From NCBI GenBank assembly GCA_963733195.1, contig CAVTCR010000065.1:64001-128000 (forward strand): 64,000 bases of DNA, in the 5' to 3' direction. This document shows, piece by piece, positions 9,579 to 19,322 of this stretch (within the stretch, counting starts at the first letter, position 1; each line of letters opens with the position of its first letter). The stretch comes from an uncultured delta proteobacterium (GTDB lineage Bacteria > Desulfobacterota > Binatia > Bin18). The position numbers and the translations under genes were made by a program. Below the pieces are notes generated by a model. That model searched no databases, was not told where the DNA came from, and worked only from the letters and a program-made list of their open reading frames with translations.

Positions 9579-9962
9579 TCATGTTGCTAGAAACCTTCCC
9601 AGCCACACGCCCAGGATGACTCCTACAAGTCCCAGAACAACACTACCTGTAATGTTCAGCAGTGCCGCGACAACACTCTGGTCTTGCGCGAGCCGCAACG
9701 TTTCGTAGCTGAAAGTCGAGAAAGTAGTATAAGCTCCAAGGAATCCAACAGCAAAGAAGAGGTGGTAATGAGGAGAGGCCAGTGGTCGAGTATTGAGGCT
9801 CGCCACAAGCAGTCCTAAGAGAAAGCTGCCACTGATGTTAATGACAAAAGTGCCCCAGGGAAATTGCGCGCCCCACAGTTGGGTGAGCCAGCCTCCCACC
9901 AGGTAACGGACATTGGCACCAAGAAAACCGCCGATGCCAATCATTATATATTCCATGCTCAT
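9579..9962 (-). CDS. crcB: fluoride efflux channel FluC/CrcB
   Basis: GGFLGANVRY, FPWGTFVINISGSF, GFLGAYTTFSTF. Confidence 0.96.
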   Translation of the reverse strand: MSMEYIMIGIGGFLGANVRYLVGGWLTQLWGAQFPWGTFVINISGSFLLGLLVASLNTRPLASPHYHLFFAVGFLGAYTTFSTFSYETLRLAQDQSVVAALLNITGSVVLGLVGVILGVWLGRFLAT

Positions 9963-10022
9963 GTGTCATACTGCAGCCGTCCGTTATGGTCTACGTTGTT
10001 CTCTGTGGAGAGAAGAGGGGGA

Positions 10023-10073
10023 TTGACACTTTGTCGTATAGCTTTAGTCTTTAATAGGAATTATTCCTATTAA
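10023..10073 (+). promoter_or_regulatory. sigma70 promoter with Fur/PerR-type operator
   Basis: TTGACA (10023), 16 bp spacer, TAGTCT, then a perfect 11-1-11 palindrome TTAATAGGAAT-T-ATTCCTATTAA (10051-10073) abutting the RBS. A Fur-family gene lies in the same operon. Confidence 0.8.
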
Positions 10074-10086
10074 GGAGGATGTGGAT

Positions 10087-10512
10087 ATGACGAAGTCTTT
10101 GCAAGGTACAAAGACGCACGACAACCTTAAACACGCCTTTGCGGGCGAATCCCAGGCGAACCGCCGATACCTCTATTTTGCCCGCCGCGCTGACATCGAA
10201 GGGTATCCTGATGTTGGTGGATTGTTCCGCGATACGTCAGAAGCGGAAACCGGTCATGCCTTTGGCCATCTCGATTTCCTGAAAGAGGTGGGCGACCCGG
10301 CAACTGGTAAGCCGATTGGCGACACGGAGAAGAACCTGCAAGCGGCTGAGGCCGGCGAAACCTACGAGTATACGGAAATGTATCCAGGGTTTGCGAAAAC
10401 TGCGCGGGACGAAGGTTTTGTCGAAGTCGCCGAATGGTTTGAGACCTTGGCCCGTGCGGAGAAATCGCACGCAGGTCGATTCAGAAAAGGCTTGGATGGC
10501 TTAAAGGCGTAG
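10087..10512 (+). CDS. rbr: rubrerythrin, short form without rubredoxin domain
   Basis: [37 protein letters not shown] diiron motifs. No CxxC domain. Confidence 0.95.
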   Translation: MTKSLQGTKTHDNLKHAFAGESQANRRYLYFARRADIEGYPDVGGLFRDTSEAETGHAFGHLDFLKEVGDPATGKPIGDTEKNLQAAEAGETYEYTEMYPGFAKTARDEGFVEVAEWFETLARAEKSHAGRFRKGLDGLKA

Positions 10513-10527
10513 TGGATGGTGATATGT

Positions 10528-10560
10528 TCGTAGAGACGCCCTGGCAGGGCGTCTCTACGA
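10528..10560. repeat. GTAG-type REP-like hairpin
   Basis: TCGTAGAGACGCCCT-GGC-AGGGCGTCTCTACGA, perfect 15-bp stem, intergenic. Confidence 0.75.
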
Positions 10561-10599
10561 AAGATCATATTCCGAGAGGACAATGATAAGGAGCCGTTG

Positions 10600-11175
10600 A
10601 TGCAGAAGGTGACGCTAGACGAGATTATAGGCTCTGAGCGCTATGAGAAAATCCGTGATGACTTTCGTCATCGCATCATCGAGTTAAAGAAACACCGACG
10701 CCTCTCAATTGGTGATCGTATTACTGTGGTATTTGAGAATCATGAGACTGTGCTGTTCCAGATTCAAGAGATGCTGCGTGCAGAACGCATCACCGACATT
10801 GATAAGATTCGCTTTGAAGTCGACACCTATAACGAACTCATTCCTGGCGACGGTGAGCTATCAACAACATTGCTGATTGAAATCACTGAACAAGAACAGA
10901 TCCGGCCAGAACTGGTGAAACTGATCGGTCTCGACAAAGCCGTGTCTTTACAGATCGGTCAACGCTTCACAGTTCCAGGGGTTTTTGAAGGTGGACGAAG
11001 TACAGAAGACAACCTTAGTGCAGTTCAATACGTACGTTTTCCCTTGTCGCCTGAGGCGCGTGCGGCGTTTTGCGATGAGAAAGAAGAGGTGCGATTGGTC
11101 GTTATGCACCCCAATTACCAAGCTCAGGCGCAGTTGCCGACGGCAACACGACAATCCTTAGCGGCTGAGCTATAA
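10600..11175 (+). CDS. DUF3501 family protein
   Basis: [51 protein letters not shown]. Adjacent to rubrerythrin. Confidence 0.9.
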   Translation: MQKVTLDEIIGSERYEKIRDDFRHRIIELKKHRRLSIGDRITVVFENHETVLFQIQEMLRAERITDIDKIRFEVDTYNELIPGDGELSTTLLIEITEQEQIRPELVKLIGLDKAVSLQIGQRFTVPGVFEGGRSTEDNLSAVQYVRFPLSPEARAAFCDEKEEVRLVVMHPNYQAQAQLPTATRQSLAAEL

Positions 11176-11218
11176 AGGCAAGCGAAGAGAACGTACACTG
11201 GTTGCGAAAAGGTCGTGT

Positions 11219-11662
11219 ATGGCAAAGGATATCCGCAAGCGAACAACCCGACAATTGACTGCGGTGTATGAAGCACTCCAGGGTGATCACTCCCACCCGA
11301 GCGCCGAAGAAATCCACCGACGAGTGCAGAAAATCTCACCGCACGTGAGTCTTGGCACGGTCTATCGTAATTTGCAGCGGCTGACAGAAGAGGGGAAAAT
11401 CCGTACCGTCCATGTCGGTGACCGCAGCGCTCGCTATGATCCAACACTCGAAGGCCATGATCATTTTATCTGCCAACAATGTGGACGCGTAGACGATGTG
11501 TGGCTTAATCGAGATCGACGGATTAACCTCGCCCCGCTCGTTGCTAAAGGGTTCACGATTATTGACCAGAGCTTAGCGATTCACGGGCTTTGCCAACAGT
11601 GCGGACAACAACCCGCACCGCAACGACGTGCTATTGGGGAGCGACACGTGAACGGGCGTTAG
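11219..11662 (+). CDS. Fur-family transcriptional repressor (PerR-like)
   Basis: HPSAEEI..SLGTVYRNL..RYD..HDHFICQQCG..GLCQQC. Confidence 0.95.
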   Translation: MAKDIRKRTTRQLTAVYEALQGDHSHPSAEEIHRRVQKISPHVSLGTVYRNLQRLTEEGKIRTVHVGDRSARYDPTLEGHDHFICQQCGRVDDVWLNRDRRINLAPLVAKGFTIIDQSLAIHGLCQQCGQQPAPQRRAIGERHVNGR

Positions 11663-11844
11663 GATGGCTGCTGGTGCAAAGCGTTTGGCAGAGGAGGGGG
11701 AACGAGATGATAGCACCTTAAGAGGCAGAGACCTTACGAGGGTTCGGCACTCATTACGCACGGTTATAGGTCCCTTCGCCCCGAATGGGAGAAAGAGGAC
11801 AAGGTAGGAGTCGGAGAGTAACGCTTGGGAGGAGGTTTGTTTCT

Positions 11845-12474
11845 ATGATCGTCGATATGCACGATGTGTTGCAGGCTCTGTTGCGGTGGATTCATCTTGT
11901 TGCGGGAATTATCTGGATTGGCATGTTGCTCTTTTTTAATCTGGTGAATGCGCACGTGACGAGTGTGCTCCAAGCCTCGACACGGAGGGAGGTTGTTCCG
12001 CAACTTATGCCTCGCGCTTTGTTTTGGTTTCGGTGGGGGGCGATGTTTACGTTCCTGTCTGGATGGCTGATGATCGTCTGGAAGTACAACGTCCTCGGGA
12101 GTGGTATGCATGGGGACGCCGGCTTGTTGGGATCTGAGGCTGGCTATTGGATCACATTTGGTGCGCTTCTCGGGAGCATCATGTGGTTCAACGTGTGGTT
12201 TGTCATCTGGCCGGCGCAGCAAAAGCTCATTACCTGGGTCAAAGAAGGACAGACGCCCCCAGAGCAGCCGTATGTGGCAAAGACCGCACTCTATGCGTCG
12301 CGGATCAACACGTTTCTATCGGTGCCGATGCTCTTTGGCATGTTTGCTGGCGCGGGGCACTATCCTAGCATTACCTTTTTTCCCTGGTCTTTGATCGTCA
12401 TTGCTGTGGGGGCAGCGGCTGCCTATGTGATGCTGTTCAATCTGGGACCGAAGGTGGCTAAGACCTGGCCGTGA
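11845..12474 (+). CDS. PuuD/DUF989-like membrane protein (no cytochrome c domain)
   Basis: LRWIHLVAGIIWIG..FFN..ALFWFRWGA..IMWFNVWFVIWPAQ..SRINTFLSVPML. Confidence 0.85.
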   Translation: MIVDMHDVLQALLRWIHLVAGIIWIGMLLFFNLVNAHVTSVLQASTRREVVPQLMPRALFWFRWGAMFTFLSGWLMIVWKYNVLGSGMHGDAGLLGSEAGYWITFGALLGSIMWFNVWFVIWPAQQKLITWVKEGQTPPEQPYVAKTALYASRINTFLSVPMLFGMFAGAGHYPSITFFPWSLIVIAVGAAAAYVMLFNLGPKVAKTWP

Positions 12475-12479
12475 CGGGA

Positions 12480-12565
12480 AGCGAAGGCGAACCGGTGATA
12501 GGGCGAAAAGGTGAATCGGAGACCCCTCCTCGCCGATTCACCCATTCTTCCGCTCTCCGTTTCTT
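12480..12565. repeat. imperfect inverted repeat of short tandem units between convergent genes, likely terminator
   Basis: GGCGAACCGGTGATAGGGCGAAAAGGTGAATCGG ... CCGATTCACCCATTCTTCCGCTCTCCG. Confidence 0.5.
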
Positions 12566-12572
12566 CCTTGTT

Positions 12573-13337
12573 TTAACTCCCGCCGAACTTTACTTCGACT
12601 TCTTTCGTTTCCTTTGCATTGAGAGAAACTTTTTGTGATCTCGTGCCGAAGCGTTCATGCCAGGCTTCGAGAGCATACTCCCCTGGTGGGAGATTACGGA
12701 GCGTAAAGGATCCATCAGTTCCACTCACAGCAAAATAGGGATGAGAGAACACTCCGACATATGCCCGCATCCACGGATGAATGTCGCACTTCACTTCGAT
12801 CACTGCTTCAGGTTTGTCGACTTTAATCGTGCGGGTCATACCTTTAACACTGAGGCTGACATTCCATGGTTTGGCTGTCTGAGCAAAGCCGTGGACGTTA
12901 TGGGCGAGTGCATCGCTGTTTAAAAATTTGAGAGGTTGATCGACTTGTACGCCAACAACGCGAGGGAGAAAGATACAACCTTTCTGATCGATACTGATTG
13001 GCTCGGGAGAAACCGCAAACACTCGGTTACCCAATCCATCTTTTATATACACGAGAGCATTCTGCACCTTCCCATCGCTGACCAAGATATCACCGGAGCG
13101 TGGATTTCCTTGTGGATGTTGGGACGCGCATTCCGCCCAGCCACTTAACTGGGCAATGGACTGCTCGGGTGCGGTTCCCTCAAAGCGAACGACTCCAGAA
13201 ATCGTTCCGACGGTAGACATGTCGAGTGGTGTGGGTTGTTGTGCGGGTTTTGCTGACTCTTGTCCACTTCCACCGCAGGCGGAAAATAGCACAAAAAGAC
13301 AGACGCTGATGAATACATAGAAATACCATTGTTTCAT
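12573..13337 (-). CDS. lipoprotein with cupredoxin-like and carboxypeptidase-regulatory-like domains
   Basis: Lipobox LFSAC. IDQKGCIFLP..NSDALAHNVH..KCDIHPWM..HPYFAVS..GEY..AWHE. Confidence 0.85.
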   Translation of the reverse strand: MKQWYFYVFISVCLFVLFSACGGSGQESAKPAQQPTPLDMSTVGTISGVVRFEGTAPEQSIAQLSGWAECASQHPQGNPRSGDILVSDGKVQNALVYIKDGLGNRVFAVSPEPISIDQKGCIFLPRVVGVQVDQPLKFLNSDALAHNVHGFAQTAKPWNVSLSVKGMTRTIKVDKPEAVIEVKCDIHPWMRAYVGVFSHPYFAVSGTDGSFTLRNLPPGEYALEAWHERFGTRSQKVSLNAKETKEVEVKFGGS

Positions 13338-13419
13338 AAGGACAGCTTGCCAGAGAGGAAGCCAAGATCAAGGACGGGAACACTCCAGCTTCAATTCCTG
13401 CCAGACAATCGTAGCAGCC

Positions 13420-13570
13420 CGTCATTCCGGCAAGGCCGTAGGCCGCGACCCGGAATCCAGGAAGATTCATTATCGGTCTGTAGCAGTGCCCCTTGGATTC
13501 CCGCCGAAGCCTGTCCTGCCTGCGCCAGTGCCGTAGGCACAGGTGAGTCTGTCGAAGGGCGGGAATGACG
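13420..13570. repeat. composite palindromic repeat (GTCATTCC...GGAATCC / GGATTCCC...GGGAATGAC family)
   Basis: Ends CGTCATTCC...GGAATGACG are inverted. Related copies at 32194-32219 and 45223-45320. Confidence 0.7.
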
Positions 13571-13596
13571 CCTCCTCTGTCCACCTCTCAGAGTTA

Positions 13597-14595
13597 TTAC
13601 GACGGGCCTCTAGTGTCTCTGACTTCCCGCTGTACCGCTTCAACCTCACTCCGATTCACACAATTGATCAGTGGCTCACCGGCTCGTAATCGATTCACAT
13701 TGGCAGCCAGCCCGCGTGCAATACTATTGTAGGAGAGGTCGGTGACACCGGCGGTATGAGGGGTAGCGAGAACATTGTAAGCAAAAAGGGGATCGTTAGG
13801 ATCTGCCGGTTCATCCCAGAATACATCCAACCCAGCTCCGGCAAGAGTTCCCTGCGCGAGCGCGGAGACGAGCGCGTCATGCTCGATCACTGGGCCACGT
13901 CCAACGTTGATGAGAAAGGCCGACTTTTTCATCTGCGACAACACAGTCGTGTTGATGAGTCCACGAGTTGTCGGTGTCACTGGCAGTGCAAGAACAACAA
14001 AATCTGCCTCGGCGAGAACTTGAGGCAGGTCCTGTATCCCGCCGAGGAATGCTAACCCCAACTGTTGGCGTAACGTTTCTGACGGATGTTGTTTGATGCC
14101 GAGCAGCCGCATGCCAAAATGATGTAAGCGTTTTACGATTTCGGTACCGATACTGCCGACGCCAAGAATTGCGACAGTCTTGCCCTGTAACGCAGTGCTC
14201 AACGGAGCGCCGAAGAGGCGCTTCTTTACGTTTGCCAATGCAAGGGGAAATTTGCGTGCCAAAGCGAGCATGAGAAAAATGGTGTGTTCAGCAACCGATT
14301 CAGCATTACCAGCCCCTTCGTGTCCTGGAACGTTGGCAACGTAGATCCCACGACGAGTTGCGGCGGGAATATCGACTCCTTCAAGGCCCACTCCAAACTG
14401 GTGGATAATCGTTGCTGACGTTTTGGCTATGACCTTGGCATCAACACGAAACATAGCTGGAATAAGGACATCGACACGTGCTGCCTCTTCCTGGACCTGT
14501 TCTGCCGGGCAAGCGCGAATGTTGTCATGCGGAAGATGCTGGCGCAAAATTTCCGCGCAATGCGGGAAATGAGTGGTGCAGATCAAAATTTCCAT
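13597..14595 (-). CDS. D-isomer-specific 2-hydroxyacid dehydrogenase
   Basis: GVGLEGVD..SVAEH..GVGSIG..LINVGRG..GLDVFWDEP..TPHTAG. Confidence 0.95.
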   Translation of the reverse strand: MEILICTTHFPHCAEILRQHLPHDNIRACPAEQVQEEAARVDVLIPAMFRVDAKVIAKTSATIIHQFGVGLEGVDIPAATRRGIYVANVPGHEGAGNAESVAEHTIFLMLALARKFPLALANVKKRLFGAPLSTALQGKTVAILGVGSIGTEIVKRLHHFGMRLLGIKQHPSETLRQQLGLAFLGGIQDLPQVLAEADFVVLALPVTPTTRGLINTTVLSQMKKSAFLINVGRGPVIEHDALVSALAQGTLAGAGLDVFWDEPADPNDPLFAYNVLATPHTAGVTDLSYNSIARGLAANVNRLRAGEPLINCVNRSEVEAVQREVRDTRGPS

Positions 14596-14686
14596 AGTAA
14601 TAGCTGGGTTATTTTTTGCTCGCAGTGAGAATGAGAGACAACCAGGGGGTACGTCTCTTTTCTTTGTTTCTCATCTCTAAACCTAT

Positions 14687-15574
14687 CTAAAAGTGCTGCG
14701 GCTCGCCTGCTTGCCGATCCTGCGGTTCAAGTTGAATCGTAATGTGGTCAATACCAAAGCGCTCGTAAATCGTCTTCTCAAGAGAATCCAGGAGGGCATG
14801 TTGATCATGGTTGCCGTTGACGACCGCGTGCGCTGTCAGAGTGAACAAATTAGAAGTGAGTGTCCACACGTGTAGGTCATGGATTCGCTTGACACCTTCG
14901 ACTGCTTCCAAGGTGCGCTGCACTTCCGCAAGGTTAATGTGGCGTGGTGTGGCTTGCATGAGGACGTCTACAGACTCTCGGACAAGCTCAAACGAGCTCA
15001 CTAAGATGAGAATTCCGATGAGCACACTGGTCAGAGGGTCCACCCAATACCAGCCAGTCCACATAATGAGAACACCCGCGACGATTGCCCCGATTGAACC
15101 CAGCACATCGCTGAGTACATGTAAAAAAACTCCGCGCAGGTTCAAGTTGGTGTGATGAGAATCGTAGAGTAGCCAAACAGAGACCAAATTGATGACGAGG
15201 CCAACGCTAGCAATGAGGACCATGCCCTGTCCATACACGTCAGATGGCGAGAAGAGTCGGTAGTATGCCTCACGAAAAATCACCCCAGCGATCAGCCAAA
15301 GGGCAAGACCATTGAAGAAAGCTGCTAAAATCTCAGCACGATAGTAGCCAAAAGTTTTTTGTGAATTGACCGGCAGCGTCGCGATATACGCAGCGAAGAG
15401 GGACAACCCCATTGCCGTGACATCGGACAGCATGTGTCCGGCATCAGAAAAGAGGGCAAGACTATTGGTCAGCCAACCGCCAATAAACTCGACCACACAG
15501 TAACCGCCCGTAAGGATGAGCGCGAGTGTTAGCGGTCGGCGGCCGTGGGAATGTTCGTGATCGTGCGCCATCAT
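14687..15574 (-). CDS. cation diffusion facilitator (CzcD/ZitB-like)
   Basis: SLALFSDAGHMLSD..TFGYYRAE..HVLSDVLGS..HDLHVW..HITIQLE. Confidence 0.95.
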   Translation of the reverse strand: MMAHDHEHSHGRRPLTLALILTGGYCVVEFIGGWLTNSLALFSDAGHMLSDVTAMGLSLFAAYIATLPVNSQKTFGYYRAEILAAFFNGLALWLIAGVIFREAYYRLFSPSDVYGQGMVLIASVGLVINLVSVWLLYDSHHTNLNLRGVFLHVLSDVLGSIGAIVAGVLIMWTGWYWVDPLTSVLIGILILVSSFELVRESVDVLMQATPRHINLAEVQRTLEAVEGVKRIHDLHVWTLTSNLFTLTAHAVVNGNHDQHALLDSLEKTIYERFGIDHITIQLEPQDRQAGEPQHF

Positions 15575-15599
15575 CTCTCCTCAGTGTCCCCTCTCCAAT

Positions 15600-17129
15600 C
15601 TAATGAGCCCACGGTGGGAGCGTATCAAGGGAAATACCAAAGACAAAAATGCCGATAAGATACACGAGTGCTGTTAAGAGCAGCGCACCAATGATGTCAA
15701 GGCCAATACCGGCACGTACCATCTGTGGGACGGTGACATGGCCACTAGTAAACACAATCGCATTCGGTCCCGTCGCTGATGGTAACATGAAGTTACAGAC
15801 TGAGGCGGCGAACGTTGCTGGAACCATCAGCAACAAAGGGTCCATACCCATGGCGGGGGCAGTTGCGGCGAGTATGGGCATCATCAACGTTGTCGTTGCG
15901 GTGTTACTGGCGAACTCAGTCACCCAAGCAGTGAGTAGAGTGACGAGAAAAATGACGCTCAGTGGGGACAGATGACCAAAGGAAGAGAGTTGCGATCCCA
16001 ACCAGGAGGCGAGGCCAGTTTTCTCAACGCCTTCGGCGAGGGCAAGTCCGCCACCGAGCAGGATGAGCACTCCCCAGGGCAGACGTTCGGCAGATTGCCA
16101 ATCCATCAAAAATTTTCCACTTTGCCGATTGGCAGGAATAAAGAATAACAGCAATGCCATGACCATCGCGACAGTGGAATCCTGTATCGTGACGGGCATA
16201 GGGAGAAGGCGTGACCACCCTGGGAGAGTCACACTCCCTAACGGCAGATCCGCTCGGAAGATCCATAATAATGCTGTCGTAGCCGCAAGTAGCGCAACTT
16301 TTTTCTCCTCTCGACTCATAGGGCCGAGGGCTTGGAGGCGAGTTTGCAGAAAGTGTTTATCTGCCTGCCATCCCTCAGTGGGATAGGGAAACGAGAGGTA
16401 GGTGAGGTATACCCAGGTCACAAGGGTTAGGAGTACGGCAGCTGGGACCCCGAATAGCATCCACTGCAAAAAGCCGATGGGCGGAGCGTCGGGAAAGAGT
16501 TTGCTGAAAGCCCCAAGAAAAATCACATTTGGTGGTGTTCCGACTGGAGTCCCGATGCCACCGATAGAAGCTCCGTAGGCGATCATTAGCATTAAGGCGG
16601 TCCCAAAGCCCTTCTTGGTGTCGTAGCCTTGAGACGCAGCATGATCAAGAATCGCCAGCGCGATTGGCAGCATGATCAGCGTCGTTGCCACGTTTGAAAC
16701 CCACATCGATATCGCAGCGGTGGTCGCCATGATGCCGAGGGTTAGCGATTGCGGTGATGCGCCAACTCGGTTGAGCACCTGAAGGGCGATGCGATGATGG
16801 AGATGACATTTCTCTATCGCCAGCGCGATAATGAAACCGCCGAGAAAAAGGAAAATGACCTGATCGGCGTAGGCTTGGGAGACCTCCTGTGGTGTCAGAA
16901 TGTGAAGAAACGGGAATAACGCCAGCGGCACGAGTGCCGTCACCGATGGATGTACAGCCTCGCTCACCCACCACACTGCCATCAGCGCGGTGGCTGCGGC
17001 CATGCGCCATGCCTTGGTTTCCATACCAGCAGGTGGAGGGAGAAGAAGAAGGAGAAAGAAAACCCCCAGGCCGAGAAACAAACCAATCAATTGGCGACGC
17101 TCGTAGTGAGGAGAACTCGTATCACTCAT
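15600..17129 (-). CDS. DASS/SLC13 sodium-coupled di/tricarboxylate symporter
   Basis: SMWVSNVATT..GTPVGTPPN..TEFASNTAT..FMLPSATGPNAI. Confidence 0.95.
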   Translation of the reverse strand: MSDTSSPHYERRQLIGLFLGLGVFFLLLLLPPPAGMETKAWRMAAATALMAVWWVSEAVHPSVTALVPLALFPFLHILTPQEVSQAYADQVIFLFLGGFIIALAIEKCHLHHRIALQVLNRVGASPQSLTLGIMATTAAISMWVSNVATTLIMLPIALAILDHAASQGYDTKKGFGTALMLMIAYGASIGGIGTPVGTPPNVIFLGAFSKLFPDAPPIGFLQWMLFGVPAAVLLTLVTWVYLTYLSFPYPTEGWQADKHFLQTRLQALGPMSREEKKVALLAATTALLWIFRADLPLGSVTLPGWSRLLPMPVTIQDSTVAMVMALLLFFIPANRQSGKFLMDWQSAERLPWGVLILLGGGLALAEGVEKTGLASWLGSQLSSFGHLSPLSVIFLVTLLTAWVTEFASNTATTTLMMPILAATAPAMGMDPLLLMVPATFAASVCNFMLPSATGPNAIVFTSGHVTVPQMVRAGIGLDIIGALLLTALVYLIGIFVFGISLDTLPPWAH

Positions 17130-17144
17130 TGAGGCGCGTCATTG

Positions 17145-18146
17145 CTAGCGTTCTGCTTTCGCCAAGGCAGGAAGGGCAGTCGCCAACAGGCGCGCCATCG
17201 CGTCAGCAAACAGTCGTGGTAGTTCCTTAGGACGACAGCCTGCGGCCGCCGGATGTCCTCCGCCGCCAAAGGTTTGTGCGAGTATGGACAAATCCGCCTG
17301 GCAATCGGGCGAACGCCGAAGACTGACACCCTCTCCAGTCAGATCAAAGAACGCGAATACGGTCTGTGTTGCCTGTTTTCCCCACGCGTCGCCAATTTCA
17401 CTCGCATATCCGTCGCACACCGCAGTCACTAGGGTGTAGGGGGTACCAGAAACAGGAATACTCACACGGCTGCGTTCGGCTAAAGCAAAACTGTCACGCA
17501 GCTCCCCTGCAACTTTCTCATAGGCGGCTTGCATGGCTGGCGTATAAGTGACGGCGGCATCAATGTTGAGCATGGCATCATAGCCGTCCAAGCTGTCGTG
17601 CTCGCCTAGCTTACGGAGGGTCCACGCAAGTTCACGAGAGCCGGCAATGGCATGAATCCAACGGTCGGTGTCGTCGGCCATCGCCACTGCCTGAGCAAAG
17701 TCAGCAAAGTGGTCATTTTGTTGTTGCGCGGTGGCGAGCTTACGAGCCAAGTATTCATAGGTAAGACGTGAGGCAGCAAACTCTTCACTGATGACTTTGT
17801 CGGCGAAAGGCACGTTGATGGTCCCCGCTGCATAGCGCTTAATCGCTGTGCGATGGTGGTCGATCCAGTAAATTTTCACTCCTTGTGCAGCAAGCTGGCA
17901 CAAGTGATCATCTGTGGCTTGTTCTGTCCAAGAAATATCGGTGATCCACACTTCGCTCCCAGCGGGTGCAGCTTCTGGAGTGATGGAGCGAATAACTTCG
18001 TTAATCCGTTCGTTCCCGGAGAAGTGCGGGACCACGGTGGTATCCGCATAATAGCGAGCGACGGCGACGGCGGCGGCGACGCCATCAAGACAATAGGGGC
18101 CGTGGCTAACGACATGAACGATGGCAGGGCGCGTAGACTTTTCCAT
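17145..18146 (-). CDS. DHH/DHHA1 family phosphoesterase
   Basis: H..CLDG, ITDIS, WIDHH, SLR, GGGGHPAAAG. Confidence 0.9.
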   Translation of the reverse strand: MEKSTRPAIVHVVSHGPYCLDGVAAAVAVARYYADTTVVPHFSGNERINEVIRSITPEAAPAGSEVWITDISWTEQATDDHLCQLAAQGVKIYWIDHHRTAIKRYAAGTINVPFADKVISEEFAASRLTYEYLARKLATAQQQNDHFADFAQAVAMADDTDRWIHAIAGSRELAWTLRKLGEHDSLDGYDAMLNIDAAVTYTPAMQAAYEKVAGELRDSFALAERSRVSIPVSGTPYTLVTAVCDGYASEIGDAWGKQATQTVFAFFDLTGEGVSLRRSPDCQADLSILAQTFGGGGHPAAAGCRPKELPRLFADAMARLLATALPALAKAER

Positions 18147-18269
18147 AAAATGTTGAACTTTACTTTCTTAATCTGCAAACAAAAGAATCATTATAGAAAA
18201 GTGCGTACCGTTCGGCAAACCGGGGAATGAGATTCGGGGGTTCCTAAGGGATGGGTTGTATCTCTGAGG

Positions 18270-19244
18270 TTACACCATCTGCCGTGCGGCATCCATAACT
18301 TTTTCGATGTCGAGCACGCGCGGGCCATCCCACGACCACTCGATTTCCCAACGATCTTCGGCACTAATCGAAAGTTCTCGTTCGCCATCGAGAGCCAAAA
18401 CTGATGGACTGAAACCCACAGGTATTCGCGTTCTCTGCTGCATGAGGACATGGTGCTGGATACCGACTTGAACAACAAGCCCTGGGGCGATGGCTGCCGT
18501 AATGGATCGGCCATGCTCACTGAGTTGTAAATAGAGCCCCCCTGCCTCCTGCGGATGGATGGGGTGCACCATACCGCCAATTGAAGCCATACCAATGTTG
18601 GTTGGTCGCCCCTGCGTGAGAAACAGTTCTTTCAGGCGGTGGACCTCCCACAGGGCACGGGCACCGATGAACTGATAGTCACAGACTGCTACATCCACCA
18701 AGGCAACATCTTCGAGGGTACCGTTACGATAGATATTCAACCGCTTGGTTGGCTGAGTAAATGCATCAAGAGACAGGCGACGAGTGGCGTAATGTCCTGC
18801 CGCGAGCCCTGCCAAGGTCGATTCGAGAAAACGTGGGAACGCATTATTCGTTCCTGTCGACAAAGGAACAAGCGGCATACTTCCGCAGCCTTTGGCGACA
18901 ACTCGACTCGTACCATCGCCGCCGATGACAATGACACACGCGACCCCTTGTTCATGCATGAGTTGCGCAGCGCGGGTGGAGTCGGCAGCCTCATCGTATA
19001 CCGACATTTCCAAGAAACGGGTTGTGAGGCGTAGCGGCATATTGATCCCGGATAAGGCTTTATTGCAGATGTTCGCAGGATCGGGAAAGAGTACGACCTC
19101 GTCTGCCCCTGCGCTATCAATTCCGAGGACGGCACGACGGACAATGTACACTTTCTCTTGCGTATCGAGCACCGAGCCGTGCGCAACTAAACGACGGATG
19201 TCTTTGCCTGCGCGGGGATTGGCGATGATTCCTACGGAAGTCAT
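18270..19244 (-). CDS. acoX: acetoin catabolism protein X (ATP-NAD kinase family)
   Basis: VGIIANPRAGKDIRRLVA..GGDGTSRVV..STGTNNAFP..ALDGERE. Downstream of E1 genes. Confidence 0.88.
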   Translation of the reverse strand: MTSVGIIANPRAGKDIRRLVAHGSVLDTQEKVYIVRRAVLGIDSAGADEVVLFPDPANICNKALSGINMPLRLTTRFLEMSVYDEAADSTRAAQLMHEQGVACVIVIGGDGTSRVVAKGCGSMPLVPLSTGTNNAFPRFLESTLAGLAAGHYATRRLSLDAFTQPTKRLNIYRNGTLEDVALVDVAVCDYQFIGARALWEVHRLKELFLTQGRPTNIGMASIGGMVHPIHPQEAGGLYLQLSEHGRSITAAIAPGLVVQVGIQHHVLMQQRTRIPVGFSPSVLALDGERELSISAEDRWEIEWSWDGPRVLDIEKVMDAARQMV

Positions 19245-19322
19245 AGGGGTTAGGGGTTGGGGGTTAGGGGTTAGGGGGCTAGGGGAAAAACCAGATTCCC
19301 AGCACCCAACCCCTAGCCCCTA
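19245..19322. repeat. heptamer tandem/inverted repeat (TAGGGG(T/C))n...(CCCCTA)n
   Basis: Fills the whole acoB-acoX intergenic space. Confidence 0.85.

Noticed and set aside
9963-10080. Fluoride riboswitch upstream of crcB
   Set aside because: No GGCGATGG..TTCGCC / GCT.ATGAC..CT pattern on the minus strand. The region is explained by the divergent rubrerythrin promoter.
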